DNA of 63,063 nucleotides, counting the filler. It is 3 parts of 3 records of this genome, joined end to end, with 100 filler letters (N's around TTAATTAATTAA, not from the genome) between each part and the next. Parts side by side here need not be neighbours in the genome. Positions count along the whole stretch, not along the records: positions 1 to 24,319 come from SRR20825006_944; 2 more parts are not named here. One strand, written 5' to 3'. Position numbers and translations under genes: made by a program. The notes below the pieces were generated by a model. That model saw only the letters and a program-made list of their open reading frames with translations, made no database searches and had not been told where the DNA came from. Positions 11,383-21,515 of this stretch are shown here, piece by piece (the stretch's first letter is position 1; each line of letters begins with the position of its first letter).

Positions 11383-12615
11383 ATGAACAAGGCTGACAGT
11401 CCGGCAAACGCTACAAGCAAAGACCTCGACCTGCTGATTGTCGGCGGTGGCATGGTTGGTGCCAGTCTGGCTGTCGCGCTACAGAACAGCGCGCTCAGGA
11501 TCGGTCTGGTAGAAGCGCAGTCCCTGCAGAGTAACAGTCAGCCCAGTTTTGATGATCGCGGTATCGCCCTGAGCTTCGGCTCACAGCGCATTTTCCAGAG
11601 TATGGGACTGTGGTCGGAAATTGCCCCTTACGCCACGGCCATTAAACACATTCATATTTCCGACCGTGGCCGCTTTGGCGTAACACGGCTGTCCGCAGAT
11701 AAAGAACGCGTCCCGGCCCTGGGCCAGGTCATGACGGCCAGGGAACTGGGGCAAACCCTGAACCAGCAGCTGCAGAAAATGAACTCGTTAGCCCTGTTCT
11801 GCCCCGCTCAGGTCACCGCACTGAAGCAACACACAGATCATGTTGAAGTCAGTCTGGATAATGGCGAGAGCATTCGCACCCGCTTGCTGGTCGCCGCTGA
11901 CGGTCGTGAATCCACCATTCGCCAGTTGTTAAAGCTGGGCGCCTGGCAACAGGAATATCAACAGACCGCGGTGACCGCCAATATCAGTACGGATAAGCCT
12001 CACCAGGGCTGGGCTTATGAACGTTTCACTGACACCGGCCCGATGGCGCTGCTACCGATGTCGGATAATCGCAGCAGCCTGGTCTGGACGGTCCGCTCCG
12101 GTGAAGAACAAAACCTGCTGGCTTTAACTGATAAGGATTTTCTCGACTGTCTTCAGCAACGTTTCGGTTACCGTGCCGGCCGCTTCACCCGGGTTGGTCA
12201 GCGCCATAGCCATCCCCTGATCTTGATGCAGTCCGATATGCCGGTACAGCCCCGCATTGTATTTATCGGTAATGCCGCCCACAGTCTGCACCCGATTGCC
12301 GGCCAGGGTTTTAATCTCGGTCTGCGCGATGTCGCAGTACTGGCAGATTGTCTGGCCGATGCCGGTGACGATTGCGGTCGCATGGACTTATTACAACGCT
12401 ATCAAAACTGGCGACAGAAAGATCAGGATCAGGTAGTCAATGCGACCGACAAGCTGGTGAGACTGTTCAGTAATGATATTGGACTGCTGGGTCATCTGCG
12501 TGGCGCCGGGCTGGCATTATTGGATACACTGCCACCCGCTAAGCGCCTGCTGGCCGAACGCAGTATGGGGCTGGGGACAAAGCAACCGCGGCTGGGCAGA
12601 GGAGTCGGTTTATGA
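11383..12615 (+). CDS. ubiH: 2-octaprenyl-6-methoxyphenol hydroxylase
   Basis: GGGMVG FAD motif, PSFDDR, AYERFT..GP and GNAAHSLHPIAGQGFNLGLRD; follows pepP. Confidence 0.9.
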   Translation: MNKADSPANATSKDLDLLIVGGGMVGASLAVALQNSALRIGLVEAQSLQSNSQPSFDDRGIALSFGSQRIFQSMGLWSEIAPYATAIKHIHISDRGRFGVTRLSADKERVPALGQVMTARELGQTLNQQLQKMNSLALFCPAQVTALKQHTDHVEVSLDNGESIRTRLLVAADGRESTIRQLLKLGAWQQEYQQTAVTANISTDKPHQGWAYERFTDTGPMALLPMSDNRSSLVWTVRSGEEQNLLALTDKDFLDCLQQRFGYRAGRFTRVGQRHSHPLILMQSDMPVQPRIVFIGNAAHSLHPIAGQGFNLGLRDVAVLADCLADAGDDCGRMDLLQRYQNWRQKDQDQVVNATDKLVRLFSNDIGLLGHLRGAGLALLDTLPPAKRLLAERSMGLGTKQPRLGRGVGL

Positions 12616-13823
12616 ATCAACAATTCGATATTGTCATCGTCGGCGGCGGAATGGTTGGTGCCACGCTGGCTGTCGCTTTAGCTGCCGAACCCGCACTCAA
12701 TATTGCCCTTATTGAGACACAGATTCCGGACGCGCCGGCCACGGGTTCCACCTATGATTTAAGAGTCAGTGCCTTAACCCGCAGCAGTGAGGTGATGCTC
12801 AACAAACTCGGTTTATGGTCGCAGTTACCGGCTGAGCGAATCAGTGCCTTCACTGATATGCGGGTCTGGGAAAATGCTGACAGCGAACTGCATTTCAACA
12901 GTGCCGATCTAGGAGAACCCTGTTTGGGTCACCTGCTGGAAAACCGGGTTCTGCAAACGACCAGTCTGGCGCAGTGCCGGCGGCTGCCCAACGTCAAACT
13001 GATCAGTCCGGCCAGACCCACCGCCTATGAAGCACACCAACTCACGCTGGATAACGGCGATATACTGCAGGCAAAACTGATTGTGGCAGCTGACGGTGCG
13101 CAATCTCCTCTTCGCGAATGGGCCGGTATCAAATCAAAAGGCTGGTCCTACGATCAAAAAGGACTGGTCGCGACCGTGACCACCGAACACAGCCATCAGC
13201 ATACTGCCTGGCAACGCTTCCTGCCCGAGGGTCCACTGGCTATGCTGCCCCTGCCTGATGAGAATAAATGCACCATCGTCTGGTCACTGAGCAACGCAAG
13301 TGCCGATCGTTTGCTGGCGTTGCCGGATGCCGACTTTATCAAGGAACTGAATGATGCGTGCCAGCAAAGGCCCGCCCGGGTGACGGCCATCAGTGAGCGC
13401 GCCGCATTTCCGTTACAGTTGCGTCACGCCGACAGCTATATCAAACCGGGACTGGCTCTGGTCGGCGATGCCGCCCATATTATCCATCCGCTGGCCGGTC
13501 AGGGCGTGAATATCGGCCTGCTGGATGCAGCAACTTTATCTGAAGTTATTTTGCATGCGCATCAGCACGGACGTGATATCGGCAGCCTGCATACCTTGCA
13601 GAAATACCAGCGCCAGCGTCATGCCGACAATTTACTGATGCAATTCAGCATGGATATGTTCAAACGGGTCTTCAGCAGCCGGCTGGCCCCAGTCAGATGG
13701 CTGCGTCAGTATGGTCTGCGTGGCGTGAATCAGAGTCGCTGGCTGAAAAACCTGTTTATGCATCAGGCAGCCAGTCGCCCTTTTGCGACTCCACCATTGA
13801 GTCGATCAGCGCATCGCCTTTGA
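12612..13823 (+). CDS. ubiI: UbiH/UbiF/VisC(UbiI) family FAD-dependent hydroxylase
   Basis: GGGMVG, DLRVSAL and GDAAHIIHPLAGQGVNIGLLD motifs. Occupies the visC/ubiI position after ubiH; exact orthology uncertain. Confidence 0.75.
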   Translation: MNQQFDIVIVGGGMVGATLAVALAAEPALNIALIETQIPDAPATGSTYDLRVSALTRSSEVMLNKLGLWSQLPAERISAFTDMRVWENADSELHFNSADLGEPCLGHLLENRVLQTTSLAQCRRLPNVKLISPARPTAYEAHQLTLDNGDILQAKLIVAADGAQSPLREWAGIKSKGWSYDQKGLVATVTTEHSHQHTAWQRFLPEGPLAMLPLPDENKCTIVWSLSNASADRLLALPDADFIKELNDACQQRPARVTAISERAAFPLQLRHADSYIKPGLALVGDAAHIIHPLAGQGVNIGLLDAATLSEVILHAHQHGRDIGSLHTLQKYQRQRHADNLLMQFSMDMFKRVFSSRLAPVRWLRQYGLRGVNQSRWLKNLFMHQAASRPFATPPLSRSAHRL

Positions 13824-13917
13824 GTTCGGCCCAAGTGTGAAATAACGCTCAAACTGCATTTGACCGCAAATGCGTAACAGGCCAATACTGGCTTTCAAAT
13901 CCAAACGGAGAGCAAAG

Positions 13918-14520
13918 ATGGTTGGCTTTATTTCCCGCCAGTTCCTGACCGGACTAATCACGATTTTGCCGCTGACATTAACCGCCTACCTGATTTACTG
14001 GTTTTTTGTTTCCACTGAAAAGGCACTCAGCGGTGTCATCAAGTTTATGCTGCCGGATTATCTGTACTGGCCCGGTATGGGCTTCGTTGCAGCTATCTTG
14101 CTGATTTTTATGATTGGCCTGTTAATGCAGCTTTATGTGTTTAAAGCCCTGTTCCGCTACATTGAGCAATTGCTTTATCACATGCCGCTAATCAAATCCG
14201 TCTATGGTGCGATTCGTGACTTTTTCCAGTATTTTTCACCTGCTCGCCAGAGCGAATTTGAGCAGGTGGTGGCCGTCAAACTGGACAACGGCATGGAGTT
14301 GATTGGTTTTATTACCCTCGACTCGTCTGATTCGCTGCCGATTGAAGATGAGGATGGTGAAGAACGGGTATTGGTATTTCTGCCCATGAGCTACAACATT
14401 GGTGGCTACCCGGTGATGATGTCTAAAAAACGGCTGAGACCCGTAGATATGACGATGGAACAGGCGATGCGCTTTGTGCTGACCGCAGGGGTTGCCGGTC
14501 ATAATGGCAAAAAAAACTAA
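13918..14520 (+). CDS. DUF502 family membrane protein
   Basis: FLTGL..ILPL..T, P.IKSVYGAIRD and EQAMRFVLTAGV motifs. ATG 13918 has a GGAG RBS. Confidence 0.85.
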   Translation: MVGFISRQFLTGLITILPLTLTAYLIYWFFVSTEKALSGVIKFMLPDYLYWPGMGFVAAILLIFMIGLLMQLYVFKALFRYIEQLLYHMPLIKSVYGAIRDFFQYFSPARQSEFEQVVAVKLDNGMELIGFITLDSSDSLPIEDEDGEERVLVFLPMSYNIGGYPVMMSKKRLRPVDMTMEQAMRFVLTAGVAGHNGKKN

Positions 14521-15203
14521 ATAGGCAGGAAAACGACGGTGGCCGCACGCACGACAAAGGTTTTGATGATGCGGCCGGTTTTGCGCGAAATGAGTTCGGC
14601 CAGATTATCCTGGGTCGCAATCATGCGCCCGATCAGACGCTGGTAGCTCAGATTACGCTGCTCGTCACTGAGGCTGTCACTGAGTATCAGCAGCTTACCC
14701 TGTTTATCCCGGCTTTTGGCTAACAGCCAGGCGGCGATTTCGATATTACGGGCACTGTTGTAGAGTTTTTGCTGGTCAATCGAAGTCAGGTAAAAGAACT
14801 CGGTGTTGTTGTCATACGAAGCCATCAACATTCGCCGCAGCCCGACTATAAATGCCCTTATCCGGTCTCCCTGGTATTGCTCGTCCAGCGCCAGGCGCAC
14901 AATATCGGTCGGTCGCTTGATGTGACTGAACTCAGCATAGTTGAAGTAAAAAGAGCGGGAAAATGTCAGCTCGACACTGGCTTTGATATCACGCAACTCG
15001 CGGTCATAACGCAGCCCCGGATTACGTTTATACAGCTTGACCATCAGCTTTTTCAGATCCCGCAGCACCACCTCCTGGTGCAGCTCGATAACCTCATCGA
15101 TATCGCTTTTAGCCAGTCGCTCAATACCGTTATTACTGTTCCCTGTCGCCGTTACACAGCCTGTCAGCAACCAGGCAGCGAGCAACAGACTAAACCATTT
15201 CAT
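14517..15203 (-). CDS. Hypothetical lipoprotein
   Basis: Start at 15203 gives [16 protein letters not shown] (lipobox LTGC) followed by an ordered helical-looking body. Overlaps the end of the upstream ORF. Confidence 0.7.
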   Translation of the reverse strand: MKWFSLLLAAWLLTGCVTATGNSNNGIERLAKSDIDEVIELHQEVVLRDLKKLMVKLYKRNPGLRYDRELRDIKASVELTFSRSFYFNYAEFSHIKRPTDIVRLALDEQYQGDRIRAFIVGLRRMLMASYDNNTEFFYLTSIDQQKLYNSARNIEIAAWLLAKSRDKQGKLLILSDSLSDEQRNLSYQRLIGRMIATQDNLAELISRKTGRIIKTFVVRAATVVFLPI

Positions 15204-15531
15204 CCAGAAACTGACCTCTATCGACCGATGACTGCATGGGTAATTCATTGATGTACAGATACTCTTGTACAGCTCGCGGCAGGAATGCTGCTTGTTCATT
15301 ATCACCGTCAAAGCGGCGGTCACTGCTGATAAAGTTTCTGACAAAACGTGCCTGCTGACCGTCTTCGTTACTGTTGGGGGCAACAACGACGGAAGTGTTG
15401 TCGGCACGATCAGGGCTCAGATTGGTGTTGATTTTCTCAACATCAAAAATAACCGGCGCCCGCGCACTGTTCCGGTTATCGACCGGAACCAGCGGATAAA
15501 AGTCGGCTGGGCGATTACTGTTTATCTGCAT
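15190..15531 (-). CDS. Hypothetical protein (113 aa)
   Basis: Fills the gap between rhlB and the lipoprotein gene, overlapping both by a few codons on the same strand. Confidence 0.65.
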   Translation of the reverse strand: MQINSNRPADFYPLVPVDNRNSARAPVIFDVEKINTNLSPDRADNTSVVVAPNSNEDGQQARFVRNFISSDRRFDGDNEQAAFLPRAVQEYLYINELPMQSSVDRGQFLDEMV

Positions 15532-16828
15532 GTTTGTTCATTGAGGCCGCGGCCTTACCCTGTCGGCTTCCCGACCGACGCGGACCACGACGCTTGCCTT
15601 CCTCTTTTCTGCCGCGATGATGAGCAGGATTTTTTTCGCGTTTTACTGGCGGCTGAGGTTTAATCAGAGTTTCATCAGCAGTCGAAGCTATCGGCAATTT
15701 ATGCTTGATATAAGTTTCAATATCGGGCAGCGAGAACACAAATTCCTCGCAGGCAAAACTGATAGCCACACCGCTGGCACCGGCACGGGCGGTTCGACCG
15801 ATACGATGCACATAATCTTCGACATCCTGAGGCAGATCAAAGTTGAACACATGACTCACAGCGGGAATATGCAGTCCCCGCGCGGCGACATCGGTGGCCA
15901 CCAGGAACGGAAATTCGCCATCCTGAAAATGCTGTAATAAGCGCTCACGTTTTTTCTGTGGTACATCGCCCGACAGCAAAGAAGCCTTGTGTCCATTACC
16001 TTCCAGATAGCCCCAGACCCTGTCTGCGACATGCTTGGTATTAACGAAAATAATGCTGCGCTCTGGCTGCAAACGCTCAATCAATGCCAGCAGCAACGGG
16101 ACCTTTTCATCATTGGCCGGGTAATAGACCCACTCCTCGATGCGATCGCCCATCATCTTTTCCGGCTCGACCTGCACTTTTTCCGGGTTATTCATATGCT
16201 CATAAGCCAGCTCACTGACCTTGTAACTGAGCGTGGCCGAGAACAGCATGCCCAAACGTTTATCAGGTGCCGGAATACGACGCAGGAAATAGCGCACGTC
16301 TTTGATAAAGCCCAGATCAAACATGCGGTCAGCCTCATCCAGCACCATCGCCTCGATAAACTTCAGGCTGAATACGCGCTGTTTGTGATAATCAAGCAGC
16401 CGCCCCGGGGTACCGACTAAAACATCGCAGCCGTCACTCAGTGCATCACGTTGTTTCTGGTAATCCTTGCCACCGTGCGCGATGGCAATGCGCAGACCAG
16501 CCTCCGCATTCAGCAACTCGGCATCTTTCATAATCTGAATCGCCAGTTCGCGGGTTGGCGCCAGAATCAGCGCGCGTGGCTGTTTACCATCCCAGTTTTC
16601 AGGGGCCGGCGTTTCCAGCAGGCGCTGAAAAGTGGCCAGCAGAAAAGCGATGGTTTTACCCGTCCCGGTCTGGGCCTGGCCGGCCACGTCTTTGCCCTGC
16701 AGTAATAATGGCAGGGACTGGGCTTGGATGGGGGTACAGAACTCGAAACCTGCCTGGTCCAGGCCAGCCTGCAAAGCGGAGTTAAGGGGCAGGGTTTTGA
16801 AGGCCTGGTCAGTTAGATGTGCACTCAT
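15515..16828 (-). CDS. rhlB: DEAD-box RNA helicase RhlB
   Basis: [39 protein letters not shown] and [10 protein letters not shown] motifs; divergent from trxA. Confidence 0.92.
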   Translation of the reverse strand: MSAHLTDQAFKTLPLNSALQAGLDQAGFEFCTPIQAQSLPLLLQGKDVAGQAQTGTGKTIAFLLATFQRLLETPAPENWDGKQPRALILAPTRELAIQIMKDAELLNAEAGLRIAIAHGGKDYQKQRDALSDGCDVLVGTPGRLLDYHKQRVFSLKFIEAMVLDEADRMFDLGFIKDVRYFLRRIPAPDKRLGMLFSATLSYKVSELAYEHMNNPEKVQVEPEKMMGDRIEEWVYYPANDEKVPLLLALIERLQPERSIIFVNTKHVADRVWGYLEGNGHKASLLSGDVPQKKRERLLQHFQDGEFPFLVATDVAARGLHIPAVSHVFNFDLPQDVEDYVHRIGRTARAGASGVAISFACEEFVFSLPDIETYIKHKLPIASTADETLIKPQPPVKREKNPAHHRGRKEEGKRRGPRRSGSRQGKAAASMNKHADKQ

Positions 16829-16985
16829 ATAAATACTTGCATTAGCGTTGATGATAGGAAAAAATGTTAGGCTCTATCGCATGGGAGTATATACCTAAGT
16901 CAGCCTGAAATGCAGGTTTGAAGATACAGCCTCGCCAGGCATCGGTATAATCCAACGATACTTTATATACCACTGGAGATAAAAC

Positions 16986-17312
16986 ATGAGCGAAAACGTC
17001 ACCAACGTGACCGATGGCGACTTTGACAGCCAAGTATTACAGTCCGACGTTCCTGTCTTGGTTGACTACTGGGCAGAATGGTGTGGTCCATGCAAAATGA
17101 TTGCGCCTGTGCTGGAAGAAATCGGCGGCGAATATGCCGGCAAACTGAAAGTGTGCAAACTGAACATCGATGAAAACCAGGACACGCCGCCACGTTATGG
17201 TATCCGTGGTATTCCGACCCTGATGTTGTTCAAGGACGGTGAAGTGGAAGCGACTAAAGTGGGTGCTTTAACCAAATCCCAGCTGGCAGCTTTCCTGGAC
17301 AGTAATCTGTAA
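16986..17312 (+). CDS. trxA: Thioredoxin
   Basis: [13 protein letters not shown] and IRGIPTL motifs. Confidence 0.97.
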   Translation: MSENVTNVTDGDFDSQVLQSDVPVLVDYWAEWCGPCKMIAPVLEEIGGEYAGKLKVCKLNIDENQDTPPRYGIRGIPTLMLFKDGEVEATKVGALTKSQLAAFLDSNL

Positions 17313-17323
17313 TGATGTCCATT

Positions 17324-17346
17324 CCCCACACCCCCCGGGTGTGGGG
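17324..17346 (+). other. GC-rich hairpin after trxA (no U-tract)
   Basis: CCCCACACCC-ccc-GGGTGTGGGG, a perfect 10-bp stem. Confidence 0.5.
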
Positions 17347-17469
17347 CTGCCTCGCAGCTGATGCTTATTGTGCGCGGAACCCCCGCTTGTCTGCGCCCGT
17401 CTATCACTCTGCCGTGCCCGCCCGCCGATTCGGCAACGGCCTGAAATAAAAGCCAACGCAAACCAAAGA

Positions 17470-19641
17470 ATGGATGTTTCCGAAATACTCAACGATCTGA
17501 ACAAACCCCAACGTGAGGCCGTCGCCGCGCCATTGGGTCATGCCCGTATTCTGGCCGGTGCCGGCAGTGGTAAGACCCGCGTTCTGGTGCACCGCATTGC
17601 CTGGCTGATTCAGGCCGAAGGTTTTTCCCCCGCGAATATTCTCGCAGTCACTTTTACCAATAAAGCGGCGGCGGAAATGCGCGGCCGGATTGAAGACATG
17701 CTCGGCTATCCGCCCGGTGGTATGTGGGTAGGTACCTTCCACGGTTTGGCACACCGTCTGTTGAGGGCGCATTGGAAAGATGCGGATTTACCACAGAGCT
17801 TTCAAATCCTGGACAGTGATGATCAGTTGCGCATGCTCAAACGTATTATTCGTGGCATGGAACTGGATGAAGCCCAGTGGCCGCCGAAACAAGCCCAGTG
17901 GTATATCAATGCGCAGAAGGATGAAGGCTTACGCGCCAAAGATATCCAGGCCGGTAATGATCCCTACTCGCAAAAAATGCTGGCTATCTATAAGGCCTAC
18001 GAGGAAGCCTGTCAGCGTGCCGGGGTGATTGATTTCGGTGAAATCCTGCTGCGCTGCCATGAGCTCTGGCTGAAACGCCCCGATATTCTGGCGCAGTACC
18101 AGCAACGCTTTGGCCAGATCCTGGTCGATGAGTTTCAGGATACCAATACCCTGCAATACGCCTGGCTGCGGCTGTTGGCCGGCGACAGCGGCAAACTGTT
18201 TATCGTCGGTGACGACGATCAGTCGATATACGGCTGGCGCGGCGCCCGCATCGAGAATATCCAGCAGTTCGACAAGGATTACCACGGTGCTGCCACCGTG
18301 CGGCTGGAGCAGAATTACCGTTCCACCGGCAATATTCTGAAAGCCGCCAATGCGGTCATTGCCAATAACAGTGAACGTCTGGGCAAGGAGCTTTGGACCG
18401 AAGATGACGACGGCTGCCCTATACAGGTTTACAACGCTTTCAATGAACGGGATGAAGCATCCTATCTGGTCGGTCAGGTACAAAAATGGGTCGATGATGG
18501 CGGTCGCCGCAGTGACTGTGCGGTACTTTACCGTTCCAACGCTCAGTCACGAGTCATTGAAGAAGCCCTGTTGCAGGTCGCGATGCCCTACCGGGTTTAT
18601 GGTGGCTTACGCTTCTTCGAACGCGCCGAAATCAAGGATGTACTCTCTTACCTGCGTTTGATTGCCAACCGTCGTGATGATGCCTCGTTTGAACGTATCG
18701 TTAACACCCCTACCCGTGGTATCGGCGCTGCGACGCTAACCCAGCTGCGTCAGGTTGCCCGTGAACGCGACCTGTCGATGTGGCAGAGCGCGCTGGAGAT
18801 GCTGGAGGCTAAAGCTTTCAGTGCCCGCGCCGGTAACGCACTGGCCGGCTTTATCACGCTGATTGATTCGCTGACACCCGAACAGCCGGATATGCCGCTG
18901 CATGAGTTGACCCAACTGGTTATTGACGAATCAGGCCTGCGCGATCACTTTGCCAAAGACAAAAGCGAAAAAGGCCAGGGCCGCATTGAGAACCTGGATG
19001 AGCTCATCAGTGCGACCCGTCAGTTTGTCCGCCCGCAGGAAGAGGAAGAACAAAACCTCACTGAACTGGATGCCTTCCTCGCCCATGCCGCACTGGAAGC
19101 CGGTGAAAATCAGGGTGACCGCTGGGAAGACTGCGTTCAATTGATGACATTGCATTCAGCCAAGGGGCTGGAATTCCCGGTGGTGTTCATGGTGGGCATG
19201 GAGGAAGGCCTGTTTCCGGGGCAGAAATCCAGTGATGATCCGCTGCGGCTCGCCGAGGAACGCCGCCTTTGTTATGTGGGTATGACCCGCGCCCGCCAGA
19301 CCCTTTATCTGCTTTATACCGAGCAGCGTTTTCTCTATGGCCAGGAGTTGATTCAACGGCCGTCACGATTTCTTGCGGAATTACCGATGGAATGTATCGA
19401 AGAAGTCAGGGCCCGGAGTAATCGCATCACCCCCGGCCTGAAAACGGTCAGCAATGCCGCCGGTGCGGAGCTCAATGAGGCCGGTCTCAGAACCGGTCAG
19501 CAGGTTATGCATCAGAAATTCGGTCCCGGTACTGTCATTGATACCGAAGGTGCCGGAAAAAATGCTAGGGTACAGGTCAATTTCAAACATGCTGGCAGTA
19601 AATGGCTGGTGCTGGCCTATGCTAAGTTAGACGTCTTATAA
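17470..19641 (+). CDS. uvrD: DNA helicase II UvrD
   Basis: LAGAGSGKTRVL, VDEFQDTN, LEQNYRS, MTLHSAKGLEF and EERRLCYVGMTRA motifs, plus a C-terminal tudor-like KWLVLAYAKL. Start moved to ATG 17470. Confidence 0.96.
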   Translation: MDVSEILNDLNKPQREAVAAPLGHARILAGAGSGKTRVLVHRIAWLIQAEGFSPANILAVTFTNKAAAEMRGRIEDMLGYPPGGMWVGTFHGLAHRLLRAHWKDADLPQSFQILDSDDQLRMLKRIIRGMELDEAQWPPKQAQWYINAQKDEGLRAKDIQAGNDPYSQKMLAIYKAYEEACQRAGVIDFGEILLRCHELWLKRPDILAQYQQRFGQILVDEFQDTNTLQYAWLRLLAGDSGKLFIVGDDDQSIYGWRGARIENIQQFDKDYHGAATVRLEQNYRSTGNILKAANAVIANNSERLGKELWTEDDDGCPIQVYNAFNERDEASYLVGQVQKWVDDGGRRSDCAVLYRSNAQSRVIEEALLQVAMPYRVYGGLRFFERAEIKDVLSYLRLIANRRDDASFERIVNTPTRGIGAATLTQLRQVARERDLSMWQSALEMLEAKAFSARAGNALAGFITLIDSLTPEQPDMPLHELTQLVIDESGLRDHFAKDKSEKGQGRIENLDELISATRQFVRPQEEEEQNLTELDAFLAHAALEAGENQGDRWEDCVQLMTLHSAKGLEFPVVFMVGMEEGLFPGQKSSDDPLRLAEERRLCYVGMTRARQTLYLLYTEQRFLYGQELIQRPSRFLAELPMECIEEVRARSNRITPGLKTVSNAAGAELNEAGLRTGQQVMHQKFGPGTVIDTEGAGKNARVQVNFKHAGSKWLVLAYAKLDVL

Positions 19642-19651
19642 GGAAACCACC

Positions 19652-20752
19652 ATGTTAAAGCCTGCTTTTCTGCGTTATTTGCTGCCGGGCCTGCTGGCAC
19701 TGATGCTGAGCGCCTGTGGCCCCGAAGACGAAGCCGGCACCAGTGCCGCTGTCAGTAACAAAACCTATAACTGGAAAATGGTGACCACCTGGCCACCGGG
19801 TTTCCCGGTATTGCAGGAAGGTGCAGAGCGTTTTGCCGAACATGTACACGCCATGTCCAATGGCCGTATTAACATCAAAGTCTATGCCGGCGGCGAGTTG
19901 ATCCCGGCATTACAGACTTTTGATGCGGTGTCTCAGGGCACCGTGGAGATGGGGCATGGCAGCGCCTATTACTGGGCCGGTAAAGTCCCGGAAGCACAGT
20001 TTTTCTCAACTGTTCCCTTCGGCATGACACCGCGGGGTATGAATGCCTGGCTCTATCATGGTGGTGGTCTGGAGTTGTGGCGTGAAGTCTATGAACCATT
20101 CCACGTCGTGCCTTTCCCTCTCGGAAATACCGGCGTGCAGATGGGCGGCTGGTTTAACAAGGAAATCAATTCGGTTGAAGATCTTAAAGGTCTGAAAATG
20201 CGGATCCCCGGGCTTGGCGGTAAAGTCTTGGCCAAAGCCGGTGGTAATCCGGTGTTACTGGCAGGCAGCGAAGTCTATACGGCGCTGGAACGCAATACGA
20301 TTGATGCCACTGAATGGATTGGCCCCTACCATGATCAGCGCATGGGGCTGTATCGTGCTGCCAAACACTATTACTATCCCGGCTGGCATGAACCGGGCAC
20401 TGTACTGGAACTGACCGTCAACAAGCGCGCCTGGGACAGCCTGACACCGGATTTACAGGCTATCATCACCCATGCTGCTGAATCTGAGAATGTATTGATG
20501 CTGTCGGAAATGGAACAAAAAAACCTGACGGCACTGAAAGAATTGCAGGGCCGTGAGGATATTCAGATCCAGCGTTTCCCGGATGATGTGCTGGCAAAAC
20601 TGCAAACCATGACTGACGAAACACTGGCCGAGGAAGCCGCCGCTGACCCCGCCTTCAAGCGTATCTATGACGCCTATCAGGCTTTCCGTGAGAAAGATGA
20701 TGCCTGGACAGCGATTTCCGAGAAATCCTATCTCGCGATTGAGAAAAATTAA
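19652..20752 (+). CDS. TRAP transporter substrate-binding protein (DctP/TakP-like), predicted lipoprotein
   Basis: WKMVTTWP, GNTGVQMGGWF, LKMRIPGLGG, IDATEWIGP and YYYPGWHEP motifs; lipobox LSAC. Confidence 0.9.
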   Translation: MLKPAFLRYLLPGLLALMLSACGPEDEAGTSAAVSNKTYNWKMVTTWPPGFPVLQEGAERFAEHVHAMSNGRINIKVYAGGELIPALQTFDAVSQGTVEMGHGSAYYWAGKVPEAQFFSTVPFGMTPRGMNAWLYHGGGLELWREVYEPFHVVPFPLGNTGVQMGGWFNKEINSVEDLKGLKMRIPGLGGKVLAKAGGNPVLLAGSEVYTALERNTIDATEWIGPYHDQRMGLYRAAKHYYYPGWHEPGTVLELTVNKRAWDSLTPDLQAIITHAAESENVLMLSEMEQKNLTALKELQGREDIQIQRFPDDVLAKLQTMTDETLAEEAAADPAFKRIYDAYQAFREKDDAWTAISEKSYLAIEKN

Positions 20753-21003
20753 TGCTGTTTCTTATTTTTACAGCAGAGGGGCTCAAACAAGCGCAGGAAG
20801 AAGTGCTGAGCAACAAAGCCGAATTATGGCTGAACCCCAGCCTGAAAAATCAGTCTGATTTATCTCTGTTCGAACAGGCAGCTATCAACGTCCATACTTT
20901 GCCCGAAGAGATTGACGGCAGTAATGAAAAAGCGGTGATGACCGCCCTGTCACATGTGGAAGCACAGAGCCACGATAAAGATATATTGGTTGAATACCTA
21001 TGA
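20752..21003 (+). CDS. Hypothetical protein (83 aa)
   Basis: Overlaps both neighbours (TAATG and ATGA junctions), consistent with translational coupling. Confidence 0.65.
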   Translation: MLFLIFTAEGLKQAQEEVLSNKAELWLNPSLKNQSDLSLFEQAAINVHTLPEEIDGSNEKAVMTALSHVEAQSHDKDILVEYL

Positions 21004-21509
21004 TGAAATATTTAATTGCGCTTATGATGCTGATCAGCCTGCCGCTGGCTGCCGACAGCGAATGGGATAAAGTCCAGCAAGCGCTGACTGAACCGACTCA
21101 AATCACCGTTTATCGCAGCCCCAATTGCCAGTGCTGCCATAAGTGGATTGAGCACTTGAAAAAACACGACTTTGCCGTGGTCGACGAAGTCACTCATAAT
21201 CTTGAAGCCGTCGCACCGCGGCAAAACGTACCGACAGTGATGCGCTCATGCCACACTGCGGTGATCAATGGTTACCTGATTGAAGGTCATGTGCCGGCAC
21301 AGGATATCAAACGATTGCTGGTCGAAAAGCCCCCTGTTACCGGTCTTTCGGTACCACAAATGCCGGTCGGTACACCCGGTATGGAGATGGGTACCAAGAA
21401 AGACAACTTTACTGTTGTCAGCTTTGATAAAGACAATCAATTCCGTATTTTTAACCGTTACCAGGTCAGTCCTAATCAGCAATATCGCAGCGTTTCCAGC
21501 GGGGAATAA
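21000..21509 (+). CDS. DUF411 / CopG-like periplasmic metal-binding protein
   Basis: Signal peptide; SPNCQCCHKW, SCHTA, EGHVPA and MPVGTPGME motifs. Confidence 0.88.
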   Translation: MMKYLIALMMLISLPLAADSEWDKVQQALTEPTQITVYRSPNCQCCHKWIEHLKKHDFAVVDEVTHNLEAVAPRQNVPTVMRSCHTAVINGYLIEGHVPAQDIKRLLVEKPPVTGLSVPQMPVGTPGMEMGTKKDNFTVVSFDKDNQFRIFNRYQVSPNQQYRSVSSGE

Positions 21510-21515
21510 TCACCG

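Noticed and set aside
15688-15714. Possible sigma28 promoter (GCCGATAG on the minus strand) inside rhlB, upstream of the 113-aa ORF
   Set aside because: The -35 position reads CTTA rather than TAAA, and the -10 match is explained by rhlB codons (L-P-I)
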